Of a stretch of 64,000 bases of DNA, positions 47,252-55,895 are shown in pieces. The translations under genes were made by a program, and so were the position numbers. This DNA comes from a virus. Its lineage: Duplodnaviria > Caudoviricetes. How positions within the stretch are numbered: position 1 is the stretch's first letter; every line of letters begins with the position of its first letter. The DNA lies in the IMG/VR virus record IMGVR_UViG_3300037067_002612, positions 1 through 64,000 of that record; one strand, 5' to 3'. A model generated the notes under the pieces. The model saw only the letters and a program-made list of their open reading frames with translations. It had not been told where the DNA came from and did no database searches.

Positions 47252-48630
47252 ATGACGATGAAGACGTACTTTCCGCTTCATTGTCATTCTTAGGTGGGTC
47301 TCATTACTCACTTTTGGATGGCCTAAGTAAACCTAGTCAAATTGCCAAGCGTTGCATAACAGCCCAACTACATGGGTCAGCCCTCACTGACCACGGCAGT
47401 ATATCAGGGGCTATTAGTTTTATGCAAGCAATGTCAGATAAAAACCTGCAATTCATCATGGGATGTGAGTTGTATGTTTGTCCACAAGACCCCAGTATTA
47501 AAGATAAGGATAGAACCCTACATCATTTGGTGGTGTTGGCAAAAAATCTACAAGGTTGGAAAAGCTTAGTCAACATAGTCAGTGAATCTAATAAACCAGA
47601 AAACTTTTACTATAAGCCTCGACTAAACTTAGATACACTTGCACAATTAAACAACGGTAATCTAATAGCTTTCAGCGGACACTTAGGCTCACATTTATCT
47701 CATTGTATATTGCAAGACATTAACGGAGCCACTGGTTGTGCGACCGTAGATGAAGTCAAAAAGTTTGCCAACCCAAATTGGGTTAAAGATACAACTGAGA
47801 TGGCCAAACGCCTTCAAGACATATTTGGAAAAGACCACTTTTTCTTGGAAGTTCAGCTAATAGATACATTACTTCCTGCTAATAAATTGCTTGCGATGGG
47901 CTTACGTTATATCTCCAAGCAAACTGGCATACCGTTGATTGCTACTCCAGACGCCCACTATGCTGAGAAAGAAGATGCGGTTGACCAGAGAGTATTATTA
48001 TGTAATGCGTTGCACACAACATTTCGGGAAGTAGAACATAAAATGACCCTGGGCGAAGACGTTGGTTTGGGGGCATTTTTTAAATCAAGAAATTATCATA
48101 TTCCGTCATATGAAGAAATGCTCAACTGTGGAAATACAGAAGAAGAGTTAGAAAATACCATTAAAATCGCCTCAATGTGTGAGTCATATAGTATTACAGA
48201 CAAACCTCAATTACCACGATTTATTTGTCCAAACAATATTGCATCGGAAGATTATCTCAACGAGTTGGTAGATATAGGATGGAAAGAAAGATGGCCTAAA
48301 ATTCAAAAAATAATTACTAATACATCTCACACAGAAGCAGAATATAAAGAAAGACTTTCATATGAACTGGAAGTTTTAAAGGAAGCTGGACTATCAGATT
48401 ATTTTCTCATCGTTAATGATATAATTAACTGGGCACGGACTCAAGGACAATTATGTGGTCCTGGGCGAGGTTCAAGTTCTGGCTCATTAGTATTATATTT
48501 ATTGGGCGTCACGCAAATCGACCCTATAGAATATGACTTATTATTTTCTAGGTTTTACAATAATTCTCGAAATATTAGTTCACATGTGTCATTCCCAGAA
48601 TATTCATTTCTAAAATATATCAGTGTGTAG
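47252..48630 (+). CDS. dnaE: DNA polymerase III alpha, part 1 (PHP + palm N-part), with an 11-nt interruption at 47291-47301
   Basis: GGAGG SD; YFPLHCHS + HYSLLDG, LTDHG, GCE.Y, HL.VLAKN, YKPR, DAHY, GPGRGS..GSLV.Y.LG.T.IDP, LLFSRF. Confidence 0.9.
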
Positions 48631-48639
48631 AAAGCAACT

Positions 48640-49533
48640 ATGGACAATATTGCAAAATTGCAAAGCCTAAGCTATAATATAAACTTAGATAAGCTTGAAC
48701 AATTAAAAAATAATAAATATTTTCAGTCTGAGTTAGACATTATATTCTCTTCTAAGCAAGTTACATCATATTACATATATATTATCAAGAGTGTAGAATT
48801 AGACAAAACAAATTCACAAAATAGTTATATTATGTGGGTGTTTGATAAGGTTGATGAAATAAACTTAAATCAACCAGCAAATATTGTACCAAGTAGAGTT
48901 AGTTTACCAGATGTTGATATGGATTTTGAAATTAGACAACGAGGCAGTATAATTGAATACATTCGTAATAAATATGGTAGTGAATACGTTGGACAAATGT
49001 TGACATTTACACGATTACAGGGGCGAGGAGCCTTAAAAGACGTTCTACGTGCTCATGGTGTGGTTACACCGAAAGAAATGGATATAATTACATCTTGCAT
49101 ACCTGGCGAGTCTGAAATATCTGACCAACTACAAGAAATGAAGGATGCTGATAAAAATGACGGTGGCGATGGAGAAGCCAGTATTATTCAATGGGCCATA
49201 GAACATCACGCTAAAGACCTAAAACCCTGGGTTTATTTAGATAATGACGGTAACTTACAGGGGCCTCTGAGTAAATACTTTGAACAAGCAATTCGCATCG
49301 AAGGTACTAAAAAATCTCAAAGTAAACATCCAGCCGGTGTCATAATTTCTAAAGAGCCACTTGCCAGTATATGCCCGATGGTGTATGATAAAACGACAGA
49401 GGAAATGATATGCGGGATGGAAATGTCGGACATGGAGGCTATGGGGTTGGTCAAGATGGATTGTCTTGGGGTTTCTGTCTTAGACAAAGTTCATAATGTT
49501 ATACGATTATTAGCAGGAAGTGCAATGGAGTAG
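48640..49533 (+). CDS. dnaE: DNA polymerase III alpha, part 2 (catalytic palm/thumb)
   Basis: RVSLPDVDMDF catalytic aspartates, HPAGVIIS, GLVKMDCLG. Confidence 0.9.
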   Translation: MDNIAKLQSLSYNINLDKLEQLKNNKYFQSELDIIFSSKQVTSYYIYIIKSVELDKTNSQNSYIMWVFDKVDEINLNQPANIVPSRVSLPDVDMDFEIRQRGSIIEYIRNKYGSEYVGQMLTFTRLQGRGALKDVLRAHGVVTPKEMDIITSCIPGESEISDQLQEMKDADKNDGGDGEASIIQWAIEHHAKDLKPWVYLDNDGNLQGPLSKYFEQAIRIEGTKKSQSKHPAGVIISKEPLASICPMVYDKTTEEMICGMEMSDMEAMGLVKMDCLGVSVLDKVHNVIRLLAGSAME

Positions 49534-49535
49534 AA

Positions 49536-49784
49536 ATGGGAGAAATATCTACATATGACGAAATATTTACACATGGCGAAAGAATTCCATGCCCATATTG
49601 TGCTGAACACAGACACGATAAATATACACAAGTATTACAATGCATATATCAAAATTATAGCGGATGTTCTGTAGATATAGGATTTTGCCCACAGTGTGGT
49701 AATAGTTATCAAATCAGTTATAAAATACATTCTATTATACAAAGAAAAAAGGAAGCAGATAATGTGGATACAACGACATGTTGA
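49536..49784 (+). CDS. zinc-finger protein
   Basis: CPYC...CPQCG. Confidence 0.6.
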   Translation: MGEISTYDEIFTHGERIPCPYCAEHRHDKYTQVLQCIYQNYSGCSVDIGFCPQCGNSYQISYKIHSIIQRKKEADNVDTTTC

Positions 49785-50010
49785 TGAAATGCCAGATGAA
49801 AATGGTCGGCATAGAGGTCAACGATTAGAGATAGTTATTAATAACACAAACTGTGTGTTGTGTGCTGGTGAGTGGGACACGCCTGATTCGGAGCAAATCA
49901 AAATATTGGAAGAATATATAGAAAAGTTAAAAAATTGGCTTCCCAAGTTAATACAAGAGTTTAATGTTATCAAACAATATGTAGAGAGTAATCCAAATAA
50001 AACATATTAA
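49762..50010 (+). CDS. hypothetical protein
   Basis: ORF with AAGGAAG upstream. Confidence 0.55.
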   Translation: MWIQRHVDEMPDENGRHRGQRLEIVINNTNCVLCAGEWDTPDSEQIKILEEYIEKLKNWLPKLIQEFNVIKQYVESNPNKTY

Positions 50011-50019
50011 GGTTAATAC

Positions 50020-50325
50020 ATGAATATCACGCAAGAGTTAATTGAAAAAATCATCGCTAAACATAAGCCTGACGAACATGGTCCGTTGGCTAAATATGTC
50101 AGTAAAACAATCACAGATATAAATTATATCGACGTGACGATGACAGCATATAAAAAACAAATTATAAACATCGAAAAAGAAGCTAGCAAACAAATTAAAG
50201 AAATTCAAACATTAATAGTAAAATTACAAAATAAATGTCCTCATTTGTTGACTCAGTATTATCCAGACCCATCCGGTGGTAATGACTCATCTATAGAATG
50301 TGAAATATGTGGAGCAGAATTATAA
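50020..50325 (+). CDS. hypothetical protein
   Basis: coiled coil then CPH...DPSGGNDS..C.ICG. Confidence 0.6.
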   Translation: MNITQELIEKIIAKHKPDEHGPLAKYVSKTITDINYIDVTMTAYKKQIINIEKEASKQIKEIQTLIVKLQNKCPHLLTQYYPDPSGGNDSSIECEICGAEL

Positions 50326-50537
50326 TGGTTATCATTATTTCAATTATAATATATGTATTAGGAATAGTATTAATATCTATTATGTTTGGTTTAATATGTG
50401 ATAGCATGGCTGATTTGCTGCCGTTTACACTACTTTGGCCAGTATTATTATGTGTGTGTATATTATGCTTATGTGTGTATATTATAGCATATCCATCTTA
50501 TTTACTTGGTATAAAACTTAAATCTATGAAAGGATAA
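50325..50537 (+). CDS. small two-TM membrane protein
   Basis: hydrophobic; LLPFTLLWP. Confidence 0.6.
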   Translation: MVIIISIIIYVLGIVLISIMFGLICDSMADLLPFTLLWPVLLCVCILCLCVYIIAYPSYLLGIKLKSMKG

Positions 50538-50539
50538 AA

Positions 50540-50779
50540 ATGATTTTAACACCTGCATATATTGTTATAATACTGTATGTCTTGGGAATATTGATTAGTA
50601 CAATTATTTTAGGTTGTATAGCGTCTGTTGAAGAACCTATCTTTAATGAGTACAATGATACAACCTGTTTATTACCATTGGTACTAGCGTGACCATTTAC
50701 GTTATGTGCGGGTATAATTATATTATTTTTAATTTCTCCTTATATCATTGTCATTAAACTCAGAAGGTGGTTTGCTTAA
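50540..50779 (+). pseudogene. tandem paralog of the preceding membrane protein with an internal TGA
   Basis: YVLGI..., LLPLVLA*PFTLC aligns with LLPFTLLWPVLLC; frame stays open to 50779. Confidence 0.65.
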
Positions 50780-50780
50780 A

Positions 50781-51131
50781 ATGAAAACACGAGCCGGATT
50801 TGTTAGTAATAGTAGTTCAAGCTCATTTGTTATACTTGGCTTTAATAGTGATAATATCCATGTTGATTTTAGTAAGGTTTTTGCCACTGAATTAGAGACA
50901 TATAGACAAAGTATTTTATCTACAAGGAAAAATATAGACGAGTGTGTAGAAGATAGACTACAAGACCTAATATACGATAATTCGGCGGCAGATGGCAAAT
51001 TTGTAGGACGGAGATTATATCAATTATCATATTCGCTCGATGAACTACGGGAAATGGCACAACATATAGCATACAAATACGGTGTTAGGATTGATGATAT
51101 AAGATTGTTGATTGGAACTGAGTGGAATTAA
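50781..51131 (+). CDS. MK.R.GFVSNSSSSSF-family phage protein
   Basis: diagnostic N-terminal MKTRAGFVSNSSSSSF. Confidence 0.75.
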   Translation: MKTRAGFVSNSSSSSFVILGFNSDNIHVDFSKVFATELETYRQSILSTRKNIDECVEDRLQDLIYDNSAADGKFVGRRLYQLSYSLDELREMAQHIAYKYGVRIDDIRLLIGTEWN

Positions 51132-51133
51132 AA

Positions 51134-51925
51134 ATGCGTTCTCATAAATGGTATTGCCCAGATTGTGTTGTGATGTATCAATCTAAACAATCCATAAAAC
51201 AATATACCTGCAAGTGTGGCAAGGCCATGAAACCAATGCCACCAAACAAACAAACATGTTTTTTCATAGCTGTAACACCAGACGACAAACCACAGATTGT
51301 TCGTAAAAATAAAAATAATGGCGACTACATTCAATCTATTAAACATAACTATTCCAATTATTTAAAATGTGTAAATAAAAAAGAATATGATATTGTTAAG
51401 ATTACCGGAGAATATTATCATGTGATTACCTCTAAACACAAGCTATGGTGTATTCAGGGGTTTAATATCCAAACTAATAAAAAAACCAATGTATATCCAT
51501 TAAGTTATGCATTATGGGCATTGTGTAAAAATAAAAATGACTTTGATTTCAAACAAAGACCTAACCCACGACAAAATCCCAATAAATATCGTTTACGTGC
51601 TACAAAAAAGAAGTATAAAGCAAAATATCAAAAACTACAACAAATAGTACATAGCAAAGATGGATATTCTTGGTATTTAACAACTAAGCATTGGCAAAAG
51701 TTTCGTAAGCGAGCTTTAGAATATTATGGATATCGTTGTGGTCTTTGCGGGACGGACCAAGGTTTACAGGTGCATCATTTACATTATAAAACATTGTTTC
51801 GAGAATCATTCAAAGATGTAAAAGTATTGTGTGGATGTTGTCACGCAGAACAACATGGTTATGAGGGGTTGTCTGAACTAGATAAAGAAAATCTTAAACA
51901 CTTAAAAAATATTATGACAGAATAA
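51134..51925 (+). CDS. HNH endonuclease
   Basis: YL....W...R, CGLCG....LQVHH..Y......LC..CH. Confidence 0.8.
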   Translation: MRSHKWYCPDCVVMYQSKQSIKQYTCKCGKAMKPMPPNKQTCFFIAVTPDDKPQIVRKNKNNGDYIQSIKHNYSNYLKCVNKKEYDIVKITGEYYHVITSKHKLWCIQGFNIQTNKKTNVYPLSYALWALCKNKNDFDFKQRPNPRQNPNKYRLRATKKKYKAKYQKLQQIVHSKDGYSWYLTTKHWQKFRKRALEYYGYRCGLCGTDQGLQVHHLHYKTLFRESFKDVKVLCGCCHAEQHGYEGLSELDKENLKHLKNIMTE

Positions 51926-51938
51926 TGGTATATTAACA

Positions 51939-54900
51939 ATGAATCAACTTATTATGCCATGTGGGTGTTCATTCAACACAGCCGCCTCAGATGAATTACC
52001 GGATATTAATATTGATGTCTATGACAGCGAAATCCATCCGCCATTGGCTATAGATATTTATCATATTCCATTAGATTGTCCGAAAACATGGCATTTACTT
52101 ACTGATGGACACACAAAAGGAATATTCCAACTAGAAAGTCATTTAGGCAGAACGTGGGCTATAAAACTAAAACCAGAAAGCGTTGAAGAATTGTCTGCAT
52201 TGGTAAGTTTGATTCGACCGGGGTCGATGAACGTCAAATTTGGCAACCCACCCAAAAGTGTACCACAACATTATTGTGATAGAAAACATAAGCTGGAAGA
52301 TGTAGAGTATTTACACGAGGCATTGAAACCAATATTAGAAAAAACATACGGAATTATCGCATATCAGGAGGAAAGTATGCAAATTTCCGTTGTGTTGGCT
52401 GGTTTTGATTTACAAAAAGTCGATATACTCAGAAAATGTGTCGCTAAAGGAAGCTTGGTATATACACAAAACGGTCCAAAAAAAATAGAAGATTTATGTA
52501 ATTCAAAAGGTTCGCCACAAATATTAACAATTGATAATAAAAATAAACTTGTTTATAAAAAAATAAAAAGGGTATGGAATACAGGTATACAACAAACATA
52601 TAAAATCACTTGTAGTAAAGGATATCAAATATGTCTGACCGCAAAACACCAAGTATTTACTCAAGACGGATGGAAATCAGTAGAAGCATTAAATATATAC
52701 GATTTTATCGCCATACCAAAACAATATACATATAAGGGGTACGCGACCAAACACATTTCAATAGATGATGTTATTATTATGTCGTATCTTATATCAGAAG
52801 GGTATCATACCAAGCAACAAACAAAAATCACCAATTCTGATGAATGGGTTCTTAATATTATAAAACAATGCTTAAAAAATAAAAAAGCTGAAACCAAAGA
52901 ATATATACATAAAAATGGTTGTGTAGACATACATATTAAAGGTAAATATAAAAAATGGCTAGACCAACACATACAACATAATAAATCAAGATACAAAGTA
53001 ATTCCAAACGAAATTCTACATAATACCAATGGTTTTACACAGGCATTCGTGGGGCATTATTTTTCAGCAGAAGGTAGTGTAGGAAAATATGGTTTAGAAA
53101 TATCGTCAACATCACATGAAATCATACTTGCCTTACAAGCATTATTACTACGTGATAAAATACATAGTGGTATAAATATACATAACGGAACATATCTAAA
53201 CCAACCTTATGTTTCTTATAGACTATATATTTGTTCATTAGTAGATATGTATAAATTTCTTAAAACGTATCATGATTATATTTGCCCTAGAAAACTGGAA
53301 AAACTACAACATAACTTAAATACAAAGACTGAATATCAAACATATAATAATAATAGATTTTTAATACCTGCGTGTTTTATTAAAGCCGCAACAAAACACA
53401 TATGTCTTAGTTCTGTGTTAGGCTCTCCATGCGGGTCAGACTATAACAAAAATCAAACTTATGATAGGGCAGAAAGACTAAATCAAATTATTGACTCTGA
53501 ATTATTGTCTACTATATTAAACGCAGATTTTAGGTTAGTACAAGTCACCGGTGTAACTACACATGGTCAAGAAGAGACATATGATTACGAAATTGATGAT
53601 GATAATATCCATTATGGTTTTATAAATGGTATATTAGTACATAATAGCATTGGTAAGAAAAAAGCCGATATTATGGCTAAAGTACAAGCCATGTTTATGG
53701 ATGGATGCAAGCAAACCGCCGTTGTAACACAAGAGCAAGCCGAAGAAATATTTGGTTGGATAAAAGAGTCACAACGCTACTCATTTAATAAATCTATCAC
53801 ACCAGACACATTAGTGGTTACTTCTGACGGAACTACAAAAACCATTAGTGATATACAAATTGGAGAAAAAATTCAGTGTCCAAACATAATGAATCGCCTC
53901 TCATATGAAAATGAGTATTGTGCTGTTATAAATAAATTTAACCACGGGAAACAAGACGTATACGAAGTAGAATTAGTAAGTGGTCAAAAAATCAAATGTA
54001 CTATGCAACATAAATTTTTGTGCCAAGACAGTGTGATGAGACCACTGTATGAAATTATAAAAGACCACCATTTTATTCTTTGTAGAACCGTTTATTATGA
54101 TATACCTTTAATCTCCGAAAGAATAATATCCATCCAATACATAGGTAAAATAGATACCATGGATATTGAAGTTGACAACCCAGAACATGTTTTTTATGCC
54201 AATGGGATAGCCACTTCTAATTCACATGGTGTATCATATGGATTAATATCATATTGGACCGCATATCTCAAAGCTCACTTTCCACAACAGTTTTATTGTT
54301 CATATTTACATGGGGCGTTAGACAAACAAGACACTCGGCAGGAAATCAAAGAATTAGTCAATCACGCCAAACAAGACAGCAATTTAACCATGTGTGTTCC
54401 AGATTTTAGACATCAACGAACAAAACCATATATTAAAAATCATTCAGTTTACTTTGGAATAGATAGCATAAAAAAAATCGGCGACGCATCTCTCAAAAAG
54501 ATTATCAACGCTATAACCGAAATTAAAAAACCGATAGCTGACTGGACATGGTTGGATTATCTATTGTTGTTTTCTGATAAGATTTCCACCACATCTAATA
54601 CGGCTATTATTTCAAGTGGCGGGCTTGATTATACAAGTAAGTCCCGTACTGAAATGCTTTATGAATTTGAGGTTTGGAATCAACTGACGACTAGCGAAAA
54701 GGCGTATGTCCACAATATATATAATGATAATAAATTGTCTGAAAAATATACCTTGCACTCTCTGCTGAATTTGTGTGGTAATACTAAGAAGAATGGCGGT
54801 GGATGTCATAATTCAAAACGGGTTGACAAACTGCAAGATTTAATCAACATATTACAAAATCCGCCGCATAATCTACAAGACACTCCTGATTTTCTAGCGT

Positions 54901-55262
54901 GGTGTGAAGAACAATACCTGGGAGCGGCAATCACATGTAGTAGAATAGAAGGATGCCGCAAAGCCATAGACGCAAATACCACATGCAAAGAAATTGCCAG
55001 CGGCAAAGGACATAAATATTGTTTACTTGCTGTAGAAGTCACGGAAGTTAAAGAACATACAATTAAAAGCGAAAAAAACTATGGAGCGTTAATGGGGTTT
55101 ATAAACGTAGCTGATAAAACAGGCGAGTTAAATACGGTTATTTTCCCAGAGCAATGGAGTAAGTATGGCCACATGTTCTATACTGGAAATACACTATTAT
55201 TAGATGTAATATCGCAAAAACAAAATTCGTCACCTATTATTAATCAGGCCTGGCAAATATAA
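51939..55262 (+). CDS. dnaE: DNA polymerase III alpha, part 3 (fingers, HhH, OB), with two inteins
   Basis: IPLD, TKGIFQLES, IRPG, TYGII.YQE, RK|SIGKKK, YSFNK|SH..SY, YLKAHFP, FG...IK.IG, OB-fold C-terminus. Confidence 0.92.
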   Translation: MNQLIMPCGCSFNTAASDELPDINIDVYDSEIHPPLAIDIYHIPLDCPKTWHLLTDGHTKGIFQLESHLGRTWAIKLKPESVEELSALVSLIRPGSMNVKFGNPPKSVPQHYCDRKHKLEDVEYLHEALKPILEKTYGIIAYQEESMQISVVLAGFDLQKVDILRKCVAKGSLVYTQNGPKKIEDLCNSKGSPQILTIDNKNKLVYKKIKRVWNTGIQQTYKITCSKGYQICLTAKHQVFTQDGWKSVEALNIYDFIAIPKQYTYKGYATKHISIDDVIIMSYLISEGYHTKQQTKITNSDEWVLNIIKQCLKNKKAETKEYIHKNGCVDIHIKGKYKKWLDQHIQHNKSRYKVIPNEILHNTNGFTQAFVGHYFSAEGSVGKYGLEISSTSHEIILALQALLLRDKIHSGINIHNGTYLNQPYVSYRLYICSLVDMYKFLKTYHDYICPRKLEKLQHNLNTKTEYQTYNNNRFLIPACFIKAATKHICLSSVLGSPCGSDYNKNQTYDRAERLNQIIDSELLSTILNADFRLVQVTGVTTHGQEETYDYEIDDDNIHYGFINGILVHNSIGKKKADIMAKVQAMFMDGCKQTAVVTQEQAEEIFGWIKESQRYSFNKSITPDTLVVTSDGTTKTISDIQIGEKIQCPNIMNRLSYENEYCAVINKFNHGKQDVYEVELVSGQKIKCTMQHKFLCQDSVMRPLYEIIKDHHFILCRTVYYDIPLISERIISIQYIGKIDTMDIEVDNPEHVFYANGIATSNSHGVSYGLISYWTAYLKAHFPQQFYCSYLHGALDKQDTRQEIKELVNHAKQDSNLTMCVPDFRHQRTKPYIKNHSVYFGIDSIKKIGDASLKKIINAITEIKKPIADWTWLDYLLLFSDKISTTSNTAIISSGGLDYTSKSRTEMLYEFEVWNQLTTSEKAYVHNIYNDNKLSEKYTLHSLLNLCGNTKKNGGGCHNSKRVDKLQDLINILQNPPHNLQDTPDFLAWCEEQYLGAAITCSRIEGCRKAIDANTTCKEIASGKGHKYCLLAVEVTEVKEHTIKSEKNYGALMGFINVADKTGELNTVIFPEQWSKYGHMFYTGNTLLLDVISQKQNSSPIINQAWQI
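52437..53645 (+). mobile_element. intein with LAGLIDADG-like domain in DnaE (403 aa)
   Basis: CVAKGS...LTAKHQV...YLISEG...YFSAEG...TYDYEI...ILVHN|S. Confidence 0.9.
53793..54221 (+). mobile_element. mini-intein in DnaE (143 aa)
   Basis: SITPDT...CTMQHKF...TMDIEVD...ANGIATSN|S. Confidence 0.88.
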
Positions 55263-55274
55263 AAGGTAGCATAA

Positions 55275-55895
55275 ATGAACAAAGAGGTTTTAGATATTTT
55301 ATTGAAAAATGAATACGTTGTATTAACACATGTACCAGATGACACTGGACAAAAATCATGTTTAACACACATACCAAAGAATACAGACCATGAAACATAT
55401 TTTATGCAACAAAATTTCATCAAAGGTGATGAGCAAACCCCAGATGTTGTAAATATTGAGTGGGATTACTTAGATAAAACACATAGTATAGCTATAAAAT
55501 GTCCTGTTTATGCACAGAGAGCATTTGCTTGGTATGTGGTATTACAAGAATGTATGAACGTACAATATCCGGTAGACCTTTTGTGTTTTCGCCGCCCCGA
55601 AACTGACGAATTATGCCAGGCTGGTATTTTTTTCAGTGAGTATATTCCACATAATTTAAACCATGAAGACAAACGTATTGAAAATGAACTTGCTCCATTG
55701 GCACAAGAATTGTTTTATGCTATATTAGCTGACAATCAAGAGGAATTAATAAGAGTATACAAAGTTGGAGCATCTAAAAATTTAGTAGATGGTTTGTTAG
55801 CCATACATACAATATTTAATTGTTATGAAACCCCAGAAATACCGTTGGAAACAACCAATAATGACAAGAAAACCGAAAATCCTGTGGATGAATGA
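55275..55895 (+). CDS. hypothetical protein
   Basis: ORF with SD. Confidence 0.6.
   Translation: MNKEVLDILLKNEYVVLTHVPDDTGQKSCLTHIPKNTDHETYFMQQNFIKGDEQTPDVVNIEWDYLDKTHSIAIKCPVYAQRAFAWYVVLQECMNVQYPVDLLCFRRPETDELCQAGIFFSEYIPHNLNHEDKRIENELAPLAQELFYAILADNQEELIRVYKVGASKNLVDGLLAIHTIFNCYETPEIPLETTNNDKKTENPVDE

Noticed and set aside
47281-47301. TTG start for dnaE part 1 as given in the ORF track
   Set aside because: It has no SD and omits the PLHCHS metal-binding motif encoded just upstream in another frame.
48560-48900. Split intein or group I intron at the dnaE part 1/2 junction
   Set aside because: No Cys/Ser-initiated intein N-half, no HN/SN C-half and no recognisable intron core; the sequence reads as AT-rich coding DNA.
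33527-49523. Strict alternation of motif orientation
   Set aside because: Eight consecutive copies alternate, but only 14 of 20 neighbouring pairs do overall, which is not convincingly beyond chance.
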